The notes under the pieces are model-generated. The model was not told where the DNA came from and made no database searches. It was given only the letters and a program-made list of their open reading frames with translations. The position numbers and the translations under genes are program-made. A stretch of 63,773 nucleotides of DNA, filler included, from Platydemus manokwari (Eukaryota), in the NCBI GenBank assembly GCA_037951405.1. It is 6 parts of 6 records of this genome, joined end to end, with 100 filler letters (N's around TTAATTAATTAA, not from the genome) between each part and the next. Parts side by side here need not be neighbours in the genome. Positions count along the whole stretch, not along the records: positions 20,054 to 29,567 come from JBBMOY011238320.1; positions 29,668 to 44,452 come from JBBMOY011394757.1; 4 more parts are not named here. One strand, 5' to 3'. Below are positions 26,553 through 40,526 of this stretch, in pieces (the stretch's first letter is position 1; the number at the start of each line of letters is the position of its first letter).

Positions 26553-29091
26553 TTAACCGCTTTTCCTTACAAGCTCCATTAATTTCTCTGTTGATAACGA
26601 CTTAGGTCTTTCAATGGGCAATCCAAGAGCTCGATCCCAAACCAAGGATGATAAAACACCTAGAGCTCGAGATACACCAAATAAAACCGTGTAAAAATTC
26701 ATTTCTGTCATTCCATAATACTAAAAATATTAGAAATCATATATCTTAAAAATCATCAATATAAAAAAACAAAACAATCAAATCCCTTAGTTCAACTTTA
26801 TTAGATAATAAATAAAATTGATTTATTCCATTCCTTTATTACTCATATAAATCATTTCTTACTACAATTCACTTTGGGAGACTTTAATTTTTCATATTGA
26901 ATTTTGATAACCAATATAGATATGCATCATTTTTTGTTAAAAATAAAAATATTAAAATTAATATTTGATTTGCTTATTCTATTAATAGATTTTGACTATA
27001 TTTTGTTAAACTTAATAATATTTGGTTTGAGATTATCAAGAGATTCACATTGTTGAAGATATAATGATCGATTGGGTAGAAAGAAGAGGAGTATAACAAT
27101 CAAATTCTTTCGTGTATCCGATGTTTTCAAATATGAATTTTATGAACTGAAAAGATTATTTAAAGGAAAATAAAAATCAAATTATTTTGTTTTAAATTTG
27201 TTTCAAACTTCAAGTAAAGACAGGATTTGATTCTTCAATAAAAATATATATAAATCTCGTTTGCAAAATTGACATGTTTATGTTTTATTAATTAAAGATA
27301 TCGTGCAATGGCCAGATCAAAAAAATGTTTACTTTCAATAATATGAAATGAAATAAATTGTGCTAAACATATGGAGCAAGTTGATTTTAAAAATTTTCAA
27401 AAAAAATTATAACCAATTTAAATAGGAATTACAAGAATTTGAAAATTATATGCTAGAAATAAATGAATTAATTTTAATAGATTAATTAATATTTTTCTAT
27501 AACTTTGTTTATCGTTACCGAATATTAACATATGACATGATATACAAAAATAACTTCATTTCTAATTTCGAACAGCCATATCTTATTGAAATGAAACAAA
27601 ATCATTCTAAAAGCAAAAATTCCAAATAATAACATCATTCGATATATTTGTTTTATTGTCAAAATCTATTAATGAAACATCGTAGAACAAATATCAAATA
27701 GCTTTTTGCAAAACCTATTTTATCTTAGGAGTGTGGGTGAGGAATAAACTTATAATGGGTTTATTGGAAAAAGTCCGCATGCTAAAAATGTAAAAGTATA
27801 CCCAAATATAAACACTTAATATCCTAATTAAAAATATAATAGTACAAAATAATCTCATTTCTTTCTGTTAAATAATATTGGTGATCCAATTAATAATTGT
27901 TAATTATATTTCATTCACAAAACAATAATTGTAATTCAAAATTAAAATCAAGACTAAATATTGCAGTTGACAAAACACTTCATACAAAACACGTATCACT
28001 ACATAAAATCAATAATTATAATTATTTTATCATACATTGTTTCATTTTAAAGTTTACCAATGAACCATATTTTATTATTGATATGAGAAAGACTCTTTTA
28101 TGTGACCATATTGTTGATGAACAATCATATTTGTTATAATTTTCATTATTTGATCTCAAATCAAGCTTGGCCAACTCAAACCATTTGATAACCCCTCTAT
28201 TTTAAAAATTTATTGTCACCATGTCTACTAATAAAATGTTTATTATTTATTTACAATAGAGATATCGATATGATTTTAGAATTCTGTAAATGTTAGCCAT
28301 CATATTGAGATATTAAAAAATTTTATCGAAACATTGTATCGACCATCATTTTGACGGAGATTATCAATTTTAGTTTGAAATTTTACTCAATCTCATTGAA
28401 ATTAAATCAACTATCATTTCAATTAATCATAAATTATCTAAAATTATTGAAAATTTCGTTAAATATAAACCAATTTCGATCGGAACTAGTTGGCTAAATC
28501 GGCTCTAAATATTGAAGTAATAAATGGTTTCGTTAAAATTTCATTTTATTTTTTTAAAGTTTTATCGATGATAAAATAATAATAATAATTTTGAAAAATC
28601 TAAACATACTTGAAGTAATACTCCACTATGGGCGTCGACGTTCGGAAAAGGATTAGCGATTTTACTTTTTTTACCCAGAATGACCGGAACGATTTGATAT
28701 AATTGACTAACAACCTTGAATAATGGATCATCGGGCAAATGTTTTAATGCGAATTCTCGTTGACACATATACCTAGGATCAGTTTTACGCAAGACAGCGT
28801 GCCCATAACCTGGCACAACCTTAAGTATAAAGATAGATTCATTTTGAAAATAATGCTAGTTCTGACTTGTCCTGCTTTGAGTGTATCTTCTATAAATTGA
28901 ATTATCTCATCGTCACTTGGTTTTGTCGTTTTAAGATGTTCAAGCATTTTTTGAACCCACCTTAATACTTCTTGATTGGCAAGACCATGAAGTGGTCCTG
29001 CAAGGCCACACATAGATGCTGCGTAAGATAAATATGGATCTGATAAAGCACTGCCTACTAAATGACAAGTATGGGCGCTCACATTACCACC
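26553..29091 (-). CDS. CS: Mitochondrial citrate synthase, last three exons (28867-29091, 28610-28819, 26553-26720)
   Basis: [73 protein letters not shown]...IERPKS. Phase-0 GT-AG introns of 47 and 1889 bp. 5' exons lie beyond the contig end. Confidence 0.97.
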
Positions 29092-29567
29092 CTGAAAATA
29101 TTGGAAAATTATCATTAACTTAATAAAAAGGCCATGGATAGCATTTTAAAAAGAAAATTAAAAAAATAACCTTAAATATTAACCAAGCTCCAAAACAATA
29201 ATTTTTATTATTATAAATAATTGTTATAATCATCGATAATAATAACAAATATTCTATTTGATCGTATGGTTGCGTATTTACAATATTTTTAAACTATATT
29301 TCTAATGGTACTGGGTAATGTCAGTCGATGTAAGATCAACGAGACTAAGACATCAATACCTTAAGCTATATATGTATTCTAGAACGTCTAGGATATATCA
29401 TTAAATTAAACATTTGTTATACATTTTATTCCATATAACCCTTTAAAAAATCAAACACAAAATGGAACTTTATTAAGGAATGTCAACTGTATGATAGTGT
29501 TTACGCCATTAGAATTACAAGACATATACAATAAATTGTATAAATCAAGTTTATCTTGAAATATGTC

Positions 29568-29667
29568 NNNNNNNNNNNNNNNNNNNNNNNNNNNNNNNNN
29601 NNNNNNNNNNNTTAATTAATTAANNNNNNNNNNNNNNNNNNNNNNNNNNNNNNNNNNNNNNNNNNNN
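29568..29667. other. Artificial contig linker
   Basis: 44 N + TTAATTAATTAA + 44 N. Confidence 0.99.
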
Positions 29668-29690
29668 AGAGAGAGAGAGAGAGAGAGAGA
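29668..29690. repeat. (AG)n microsatellite at contig start
   Basis: agagagag... directly visible. Confidence 0.95.
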
Positions 29691-29905
29691 TTATCTAATT
29701 AATAGAGATGTATTTATCATGACCAACTGAAAATTCGTCTCTCTATTATTCTCTATTTTTAACATAAGCGAAATTCAGGATTAAAATATTTTCTGATTCT
29801 ATTAAATATTAGTTTTTCATAAAAACACACCCAGCATTTTGGATAATAATAATAATAAAGGTTTTAAATTCATTTGACATCAATAATGTTTCGTTTTATC
29901 CATAT

Positions 29906-31020
29906 CTACAAAGTCAAATGAATAATTTTATCTAATTTTATTTCTTTATAAAAACACCGTGCCTAAAAATAAACCTAAATCGTAATAAATTCAACATTTA
30001 TATTTTAAATATTTTCAAAAAAAAATCAATAATTTCCAAATTGTTAATATTTGATAATTAATTAATGTGTTCATCATTAACTAATAACATACTGTTAATA
30101 AATGAACATCGTGATTGACCAGCTCTATATCAGTTCCAATATTTTCATTCAACAATTTTGAATTAATGCCTTGACCACAAAATTTAATCAATTCATCATC
30201 GAAATTATCAAATGATATTTCTATCACGATTTCTTAATCATTAACAATGTTTCAAAACAAACTTATATTAGACGATAACATCGAATCCAGCGCTTCGAGT
30301 AATACTTTGACTGAAAATTTGAAACAAATGTAATTTGATGATTGTATTGAAATGTCATTGTCACATAACTTCAAAGGAAACACTGAGCGGTCATTATTCA
30401 AAATTTCGACATGACAATAGTCTTCGGAAACGTCTTTTAAGATACCTTCATGAAATTTAGCAATTTTTGAATCATAAGATCTATAATAAATAAATAAACC
30501 AATAACTATTTGTGATTTATTCTCACGTGGCTACAATGTTTGGCTCATGAGATAATACAGGATTAAAAATTAAACTAAAAGGTAAATTTTGAAGGCACTT
30601 TTGCAATTTTTTAACAAAATCTAAGTCTTTTTTAATTCTATTATCAAATATTTTGTTGACAAAACGGACATTTTTTCGATAATCAGCCAGAATTTTTCGC
30701 TTTCTAGCAAAAAAATGTTTGCTCATTCGTATAGGTTTTCCAAAGCATTTCTTGATTATTCGCCATTGACCTAATTTAAGTTCATTGGTTTTTAATTTAG
30801 GTAGATACACCGACATGTAAAGTTGCAACTTATTTGATCCAAAAAAGATTGATCTATCAGTAGTTAAAATAATTTATAAATGCCATTCTAACTTATCTAT
30901 TTCCGAATAAAACCATTCATATAATATCCAATTTGCAGTTTTTTCAGACTTCAAAAAATTATTCAAATGAAAGTAATTGTTAAATGTTTTATCATCTTTA
31001 ATGGCAGAACAAAATGACAT
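29906..31020 (-). CDS. LIN9: Divergent LIN9/Mip130/Aly-like DIRP-domain protein (MuvB/DREAM subunit family); 3' exons uncertain
   Basis: Exon 1 (30893-31020) LNNFLKSEKTANWILYEWFYSEIDK, a 39-bp GT-AG intron, then SIFFG...LPKLKTNELKLGQWRIIKKCFGKPIRMSKHFFARKRKILADYRKNVR. This matches LIN9 LRNLLKLPKAHKWCIYEWFYSNIDK...PNLKT..L...W..IRR.MGKPRR.S..FF. Exon 3 is Tudor-like (FHEGILKDVSEDYCHVEI). Confidence 0.8.
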
Positions 31021-31153
31021 TTTAAAATATTAATAATACTCAACTTATTTAAAAAGATATTTAATAATGCATATAAACAAAGTGTTTAATAAAAATTAAA
31101 ATACTTTAAATGAAGTCAAAATAAAACAGAATTTTTTGTAATAACAAATTTAT

Positions 31154-34100
31154 TTAGATATTTTGTTCTAACATCAACTTATATGATCTGAACTTTTCAA
31201 CCAAGGAATCGGATTTGGATCGGCTTTGTAATTGAATCAAGCATGATGCAATAATATCAAGAAATTGACTAGAATAAATTTGACTAGAAAAAAGAATATA
31301 ATAATCAAAATTGAAAATAATTCGAATATTACTTTTCCCTAGGATTCATTTGCATGTGCAAAAAGATATCAAAGCAGATACATAATGAATTATATATACG
31401 ATTCAAATGTCTCTTCAAATCTTGATCCTTAATGTAGATGGTAATGTTTTTTAATCAAGAAATACAACGTTTCTCATACTTTCATTTTTAAAACCTCAAA
31501 GTATCCTTGGATAATTCTAACAATCGGTATATCAATAGCCAAGAAACATGAAACGGTCCAATCGGCAGGAAATTTACATGAATCACAATATGATTCAAGA
31601 TGGCTTATAATAATATCTAATAATAATTATTATTTTATTAATTCAAATAAATATTCAATTATAAATAATAGAATACTCACCCATCGGTAGGAATGTGCCA
31701 CAATCTTTGAATTTACTGACAACTTGCATAATGGTTTGTTTGAGACTAACATCACGTGTTTCAAGACAATCGATTAGATTCAATTTATCGATTTCTTTCT
31801 GAATCAATTCTTCCCAAATTAATCGAATACTAGTGATATCCTACAATGGAAATGTATATATTTATACATAAATGATCAGTGAATTATCGATTGAAACCAA
31901 CATTTTGTCCACTGACGCGTAAAATAGATAATTTAGATACAGTGAGATCATATTGATCAGCATAATCAGTTAATAATCGATAAATACTGAATAATCGGCT
32001 ATTCAGATCAATATACACCTGACCATCATGATCACCGATTTCTTCAATAATCACTCGTTGTAAATGAAGTATTTCCACTTTATCTTCCAATTCTTTCAAA
32101 TAATCAATTTCAACATTTTGATTACCTGAATCACATGATATTATATTCAAACAAATCAAAACCACACCACATCACCTCCAATGACAGCTCGAACAAACAC
32201 TATAGCTCTACTAATGCATTCCAATCGTTCATCGAGATTGAAATTCGTACATTCGGTAACAGCTAAATTATCCAATACCTTTGCTGCTTCCAATAATCGA
32301 TTCTGTAATTCATAATGTTTCCATAACAATGTTTTAGCAGCAACATTTTGTGGATCAGCTTGTAATCGATGTTGTAAATATGATTCCAAATGAATGGTGT
32401 TGAATTTGAGTATTTCATTGGTCAATCCATTATCGATCATCCATGAATATACCTGTGGTGGTGACAAATCAATGATTTCTAATCGATTTTCAAATCATTT
32501 CAATACCTCAAAATGTGCCATTATATCATCTTTTCTATCGAAAATCGTATTGAGAATGATATTCAAATCGTTCAGAGCATTGTTACGGCCGGTATTGTTT
32601 GGAAATAGAAAACTCGTATCTTGTATGTCTTGACTCTTTGACAATACAGATAAAGATGATGATTTCGTCACTGGATTCGAAGTATATTTGCTAGCTTCCA
32701 GCAGACTTGATAATGATTCGAGAAGATATTTATAAGCATCATTTCTATGGAATCACACAAATCCAAATCAATCATTATTCACACACAACAACGCTACCTT
32801 GCTTCTATGGAACTAATTTCAATCGGATTCTGTGGTCTGTGGCCTTCTTTCAAATAATTGAATGCAAAATCATTGGGATCTCTAATCTTGGCAGCATGTA
32901 AACACAAATGAACAGCACCCCATGTGCAACCAACTGCCCGAAGTCGGCATATAATGCTTCCTAAATCAATATTTGGTCCAACTTGTTCATAAAGTTCAAT
33001 TGCTCGAATGAGAAGAGATTCCTTTTCCTGTTCGATTGTATCTTGATTCAATGATTTGGAATTATTGGTCAAAGTATCAATCTATAAAATAATAATGATA
33101 ATAATAATAATGATAATATATTTACATTGACTAATATTTCATTAGCTCTTGAACATAAAGCATCTTCCATTCGATAAATATTGGGACATGTTTTCAATAA
33201 AGCTTCAATAATAGCATCAGTTGATGCTCCATCAGATAGATAATGTTGTAATAAACCAGATATTAATGATACCAATAATGTCCGTTTATTGGGCAATAAT
33301 AATTGTTTCATGGTACATCTCAACAGTTCATTTTGTATTTCTGGTGATAATAATCTAAATTATCATTATCATAATATATAAATAAGGAGACAGAGTGAGC
33401 ATAAAATATACTACTTGATAATTTGATGGAATTCATGTTCGCTGAGAATTCTCCACAAACCCACAATCTCAATGGTTGTTTTCAATAATTCTAATAATTC
33501 CAATGCCAATGAAATCGGTGCCTGTTGTGACATGGCGGGTATTTTCATGATATCAATGGATTTCAATCGAGGATAATTGTCACGGATGAAATCACTGAGG
33601 TGAATCAAATGATGGAGAAACCATGATAATTCTTCACAATCATGAGTGCTGACAATCTGTGATGGATATCATCATTGAATAACAATAAATGATAATGATA
33701 TTTACATATGTATCTTGACCATTTGGTTTATAATATTCACCAATACAATTATCCCATAATGGTCGAAGAATTCTTGCAGCATACATACAGAGCGCTTGAT
33801 GTAAAGGGTTAACATGTTCATAAATCTTTCCACCTTGTTGTACACTAGCAGCTCGATTTTTAATGCTTTCATTTAAATAATACAGCACCACCTTAATAAT
33901 AATGAAAAATGATTATAAAAGATAATAATAATGAATATGATCTTCCTAAAACATACTTCAGTAGCTCTGGACGATAAGAAAGAGTTTTTCTTATCACTGG
34001 CAATCACTAAAGCAGCATAAACCGTTTCCTCTGGTCCATAATGATTGATCCATGATCTAATCTGTGGACATTGTGGTGAAGTATTTTTCTCCAAAATTTC

Positions 34101-35919
34101 TCTCAAATGATGAATTGGGCTTGGCAATTCTAGTTGTACAATACTGTCCACTGAAACCATAAGGAATCTACGAACTGGATCCAAATGTTGTGTTTGGATA
34201 ACAGGCACAGCCGAGTGTTTGTTGTCAATTTTATCCAATGGTGCCAAGAACCAGGCACTTCCATGAGTCCATGACATTGTCAATGTTTCGGCAAGTTCAT
34301 TTAATAAAAATGCATCAGGACTAATCGTATAAAGTGCTTGATTTTCAATTGATGTTCCACAAACCATCAACAATGATCCACGGCTTTCGCAACACAATCT
34401 GATATTATTCATCTTGCCAAACATGCCAGATTGAGTGACAGGTGGCATACGAATATGACTTAATTGAAGATTTTCCATGAAATATAATCGGACACCGCTT
34501 TGAGTCACGGCCATTAGTTTCAAGGGTCCATAACCGGATCCGAGTGGGCACAATTCAACTATGCTAGAATATATTTAATAATAGATTATAATAGAAAATC
34601 GGAACTATTACTTTCTAAACTGATGCTTTTCAACTGATTTGACATTTTTCGAAGCTTTCGAAACAAAACTATCTTCAGTGATATAGCCTAAACGTTGCAA
34701 ACCATCATTCGGAAGTAGTTCATATTGAGCGATTAATGAATTATCTGATCTTGTATAAAACATGTTTCTACTGGCATCAACTGCAATTTGTACAATGGGT
34801 TCTAAATGGAATTCAATTATAAAATACTCCATCATTTTATGAAATACCATTCAACATTAAGCTATTTACAATTACATTCGGCAACAATAACGATAGTTTC
34901 CACAATGAATGATTGATAAGTTTAGCACAGACTTTGTGATCAATTTCACTGGCAAACTTCTGGCAACTGTAAACTGATGATTGGCCAAACTTGAACCATG
35001 ATGGTTTTTCTGACCAATACGATATTTCGAGCACATTTCCAGATTTTGTTCCTAATATTATCCTTCCGTTTACACTTTGAATTGTAGTAACATGCTCATT
35101 ATCTGTGGCAATTCTAAAAAACGGCTCCGAAACTAATTCAAATGTGTTCATTTTATTTCCACAAATCGAGACTCCGAGTATTAAAATCTCCAGTTGACCA
35201 GCTATACAAAGCAAATAATGTATGCTAGAATGGAATGCACCATGTTTTGGTTTTATTAACTCAACAGCCAGAATTGTTTCATTACATCCATCATAATATG
35301 CCAAATCCGAACTAATTAAAAGATTTTAAAAATAAATTGATAGACTTTTGATTTATGTACCATTAAATATTCATATTATTTATTTTACTTAAATTTTTAT
35401 AAATGACATTGAATATATTCATAAAAGACAATTATAATGCATATGTTTTTAATATATTTAGAATAATTTGAAACTAAATTGCCAAAACATTATGATTACC
35501 CGTTCTCAAAATTCCAAATAAACAAATCTGAATCAACAGTGAGCCAAATTCTATCAACATCTCGAAAAACACCCATCATACAATTCTGTTTCATATCTAA
35601 CAAAAAATTTAATTTATTAAATAAGTTAGTGATTGCATGCCTTTTGTACGCTCTTGTAGTTCTATTGGGATTGCTGAAGTTTTTAAAACTCTCACACTGC
35701 CACCTATTGACTCAGAAACGCTATGGTAATCACTGCCTTTAAGACCACTTACAGTGACATGATCTAGAAAGATGAAAATATATATTTTATTGACAAAAAT
35801 GTACTTTGCTGAATGTGCAATTGATCTATAAGGCTAAAAAAGTTTTTTTCCTTAAAAAGTTGGCTTTCGAGAGAATGTAGAATTTTGTCATAGGAATAAA
35901 AATGACTATAATCATCCAT
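31154..35919 (-). CDS. NUP155: Nuclear pore complex protein Nup155 (Nup157/170 family), complete, many short introns
   Basis: ATG at 35919. Motifs [111 protein letters not shown]...RANEIL, LLWKHYE...AAKVL...[12 protein letters not shown]. Last exon ends at TAA 31154-31156. Confidence 0.95.
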
Positions 35920-38430
35920 CTTTTGCAATTTAATTCAAATAACGAAATAGCAACTAAATAATATTAAAACAACAAATTTGAAATTAATAAAAAACTTCAT
36001 ATTTATACCAAAAAGTATATCGAATAAGGAATTTGTAAAATATTACATACTGTAACTAAAATGGTGTTAAATTAACAATTTTGATATGTTTTAAGTCGAC
36101 ATTAATTAACAAAACTATTTATTGTTAATTGATTTGTATTAGAGAAAGTGACTCTCCACCCTTGGGTTATATAATACTTACTTTGTGCAGTTTAAAAAAG
36201 ATTTTCTTCATTTCATATCGGATGAATAACGATTTATTTAAAAACCTACAAATATTTAATGACCAATTTATTTGTCTTTTAGTTAGTGCATGGTGAAATA
36301 AGAATACAAAATTTTCAAATTTATAAGACTACGAGGATTAATTTGTCAAAATTCTGAAAAATACACAAAAACATTTTGTCACCAAATTAGCATTTAATTA
36401 ATCAATATAATAATCTAGAATTTATTCTCTCATTTTTTCAAACGAAATACATGTTGAATATTAACTAACAATGAAGTCTGAAAATTGTAATTTAAATTGC
36501 AAGACACAAAGTTTGACTTGTCAATAGACACAATTAAAATCGTATTGAAACACAATAGTAAATTACCACTCAAGCTGGGATTTTACTCTTTTATAGTGTT
36601 ATTTTGTTAATCCTGAATATATTAATATTTCTTGAGATTTTTTTTAATAATTATTTTTAAGTTGCTATTTTTTGTATGTTTCTATTTCAAAGAGAGACTT
36701 CAGTAACTTGTATTATGACAAAAACATACACATAATTATCATTGTAACACTATATTGAATTAAACTATATGCCTGTCTGATTAAACTGGGTCACTTTAAT
36801 TGTTGATTCTGCATTTATTACACAAAGCAATGAAAAGTCGGGAAATGTTCTGAATTGGATGTGGAGTGGAGACATACTATAAATAAAATTTACAATACAA
36901 TGCTGCATCGGAATTGTAAACACGATACAGTGCGGGTTTCAAGAATTGAACATTTTACTTTACATATTTATGTTGATTTATTTATATCAGATAGGGTTTT
37001 CTATTTGAAGGTTTTTTATTTGAAGTAAATGGAAAAAGGAGTATTTATTCATAAATTATTATTTATTAAATAATTTGATTTATTTAAATCAAAGATAAAA
37101 AGAATATGAATAAATATTCTTAATGCTTCTAACAGACTGCAAGAAATTTCAACAAGGACTCCAATATAGAGAAATAAAGAAAAATGAATCCAATGCAGCT
37201 GATTAACTCAAGTAATATATGCAGAAAAAAACGGAGAGAGGACATATATGACTCAGACTCGGAATAGCCTTCTGCGAACAAGCAATTCAACAGAGCCGAT
37301 CCTGAAATGATAAACATGTGTTTATATAAGAGTGATTATAATCTGGTCGCTATTAACTAGGATATTGTATAAAAGAATACCTTCTTGATTTAATTTACCT
37401 TAAAAATCTTTTAAGTATGTGTTTATTTTTTTATTTGTATAAAAATATTAAATTTAAAATTTTAATTCCCATATTTTATATAATTTTTATCATAATTTTC
37501 ATTTGTGATAGTCAACGAAAATAAAATAGTTTAAAAATGGGAATAAATTATGATATAATTATAATAATATTATAAATAATATTAATTTGACGAATTTATT
37601 TAGAAATAACAATGATAAAATATTACAAAAATCTTGAAAAATCTTGTGGAAGATTTAGAATATAAATCTTGAAATAAACTTGATCAGAATTTCAGACAAC
37701 GAGCGTTTGCCATCCTAATAACCTTGCAATATTTTTTAACTGCAAAATAAATTTTTTTTAGAGATCAAATAATAATTTTTTATTGCACAACGAATTAATC
37801 AATAAATAATTGAACAAAAGCTATGAGTACATCTACCGAATTAAGGATAATCATAACTTGAAATTTGTAGCAGACAACTGAAAAATTGCGATAATTTGAG
37901 AAACACCATGAAAGATTGCCTTTGAAATTTCTATCGACAATTACTCAAAGCTTGTGAACAATCATCGAACGGAAATCAGCATTACTAACACCAATTGCAT
38001 ATTCGCTAGAATTTCTGTCAAGGTTAATATTTTTATGATGACAAAGCTAGTTGAACACAACAAGTTTACAAAATTTGTAATTTAAAATCAACTGTAAAAA
38101 CTTATCGTTCTCTATGGAATTCTGGCATTCAAAGAGTTAGACGTCTCCGAGTATAAAATTTAGTTAGAATTAAACTATATGATCTTGATTGAGAAACTAA
38201 TTAAGTATCTGAAAAATTATTAGTGGGTGTTAAACTAACTTTACAATTAGCTGGAGTAATATGAATATAAAAAATTGATTAGTATGACAGAGGGGCTAAA
38301 TATACAGTAGTAATTATTAAAGTGGATAGTGAAACTGGAATTAAAGTGAAGAATTTATTATTGTTGTAGAAACCTTATTGATGTAATCAAGAGTCCTATT
38401 GTGTTACACAGTGTGAGAGTCCAAGCCTCA

Positions 38431-38991
38431 TGTTGGGTAGATCACAAATCAATCAAAGGGTTTTAAAAACCAACGAAAGAACCCTAAAAAAGGTTAATAC
38501 ACATAAACCCGATAAGCACATGTGCCGTCAGACAATCAGATTCGTTTTAATATTAGTCCCTATTTAGAAGGTAAAAATCGCCAGGCACATACCTACAGAT
38601 ATCAGCACGCTCTAATATCCGTCTATGGCACGAGAGATGCGAAGAAAAATTCAAGTAGATGGATTATTGAACAGATTTAGTAAACTGAAAACGAAGGTCC
38701 GTGACATGTATCAGGCCCACTCGACAAGTCTATAAAAAGAATTTGAGTTCCATGAATATCTGCCGGTCTCTGGTTGGTAACTCGCGTATTAAGTTTATCT
38801 TTGTGTGATTTTTAGTAAGAAGTCTTTTTGATTAATTTCTATTCTGTTTTTGACTTTCGGGCATTGATTTCGTCTTTCGTGATTTACAATTGTGAGTTTT
38901 GAAAAGATTTATTTGTAGTTAGTGAGATTTCAGTTGTGATATTTTGAGTAGAACAGTTTTCAGATATAAATTGTGGGTGAATATCCCAACA
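38431..38991 (+). mobile_element. Solo LTR (561 bp), family X copy 1
   Basis: TGTTGGG...CCCAACA perfect 7-bp inverted termini, flanks CTCA/TTCA (near 4-bp TSD), TATAAAA at about 38730. Colinear with the reverse complement of 49146-49709. Confidence 0.88.
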
Positions 38992-39049
38992 TTCATATCG
39001 ATGGAAATTAAAACAATCAAAACCTTGATTACATCACATTAATATTACA

Positions 39050-39330
39050 TTGATTGATTGGTGGAGCAAAAGAATCAAAGGTTGCAGTTTGGATTTCACG
39101 AACGCGTGCTATTCAATACGATACATGCGCCTCTGAAACTCCATGAGGCATTGGAAAACAAAAACAATCTGAAACTTGATTTCCAACTGGTCTAATAACG
39201 GCACAAAATTGGCTAACAACTGGCTATTGTTGCCAAAAATGGACGCTTTTTATAATGTCCTCGCACATATTATTAAATTGAATCATTTAAACAATTTTTT
39301 TCCAGAACACTGTTAATTTTTTTCGATTTA
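39050..39330 (-). mobile_element. Possible hAT-like transposase relic
   Basis: Minus-strand translation MCEDIIKSVHFWQQ*PVVSQFCAVIRPV resembles the 'I....FW..L..L..IL.P' segment of hAT transposases. Contains stops. Confidence 0.25.
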
Positions 39331-40526
39331 ACTAAATTATTAATGGCTTTCTTCAAGAATTTTTGTAAAGAATATTTTCTCAGAATTTTTAATTATTTTT
39401 TAAAAGTTTATTTGTTACATCTTCTTTATCATAAAGAACCAGAATCATTGTAATTTTTATTTAGTTGTATTGTTAAAGATTGTCGAAGTGGTTTGTAATA
39501 ATTATAAGTTCAGATTACAAATGTACAATCTGTAAACGGATATAAACTCACACGGTATTGATTATCAGAAGGATTTTAATAAAAGTAAATATATTCCCTA
39601 AAAAATCTTCAACTTATCTGGACTCCAAACAGGTAAGAGGTTGTTGTCGCTTCAACGCTCGGTTAGTATAATAAAAAAAATAATATTTAAATATGTATGA
39701 TAATCGAATAAAATATAATCGATAAAAACAAAATATAACAAAACAAAATGAATTAATAGACAATAATTAGTAATCTAAATACAATGAGTTTATAATAATA
39801 CAAGGCGGTGTTTGCTATTGTGGAAGCAAAGAGTGACAAGAAAACAGTAAAGGACGTACCACGTAGGTGCTCGGGTAAGCCTCCCAAGACAAAAATGACA
39901 GTGGGGAGCTTCATGTGGAGCTTATATATTTTAACGGACCACAAGGCTTAAACTAGCCGTGGGTCTAGATTTAATTAAACAGTTAATAAATTTACTTGTA
40001 GAATGTATAATTTCTTTTTAAAAGAAAATTCTTCAGTAATCAAAATCTACAAATCAAAATTGACGTACAATAAAATTGGAATTGGTATAAGATAGTTTCA
40101 GAATTTTGTTTCGTCGAATAGCGAGATTTCCCTACAATTGCTTAAATGAGTCATAATTGTGGTTAGTCGAAGTGCGAAAAATTATTGTTACTGTCAATAT
40201 TTATACTATTTTGTATGCTAGTAGGAGTCATGCTCCTTTTTGCTATTTTTGGTAACATTCTAAGCCTAGTAGCATATGCTACTAATTTTAGTATATGTAC
40301 ATCAAAAGTTATTATTTTTAGTTTGAGAGTATATTTTTAGCAACTAGTGTTGTTATCTCTGTTTTTCGCACATCGTCGGTTCTATTTTTAAATTCCAATG
40401 CGATTTTTCCTTATGACCTAAGTGTTGATTAGTTTTGGTGCAGTATATATATTTATTTACATACAAATATTTATTGATAAAACACAGTTTTTTATAATAC
40501 ACGTCAGACAGTGTCCGACACCATCA

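Noticed and set aside
39880-39950. Vague resemblance to a spliced-leader exon ending in ATG
   Set aside because: The ATG is not followed by a GT donor, so an SL RNA gene is not supported.
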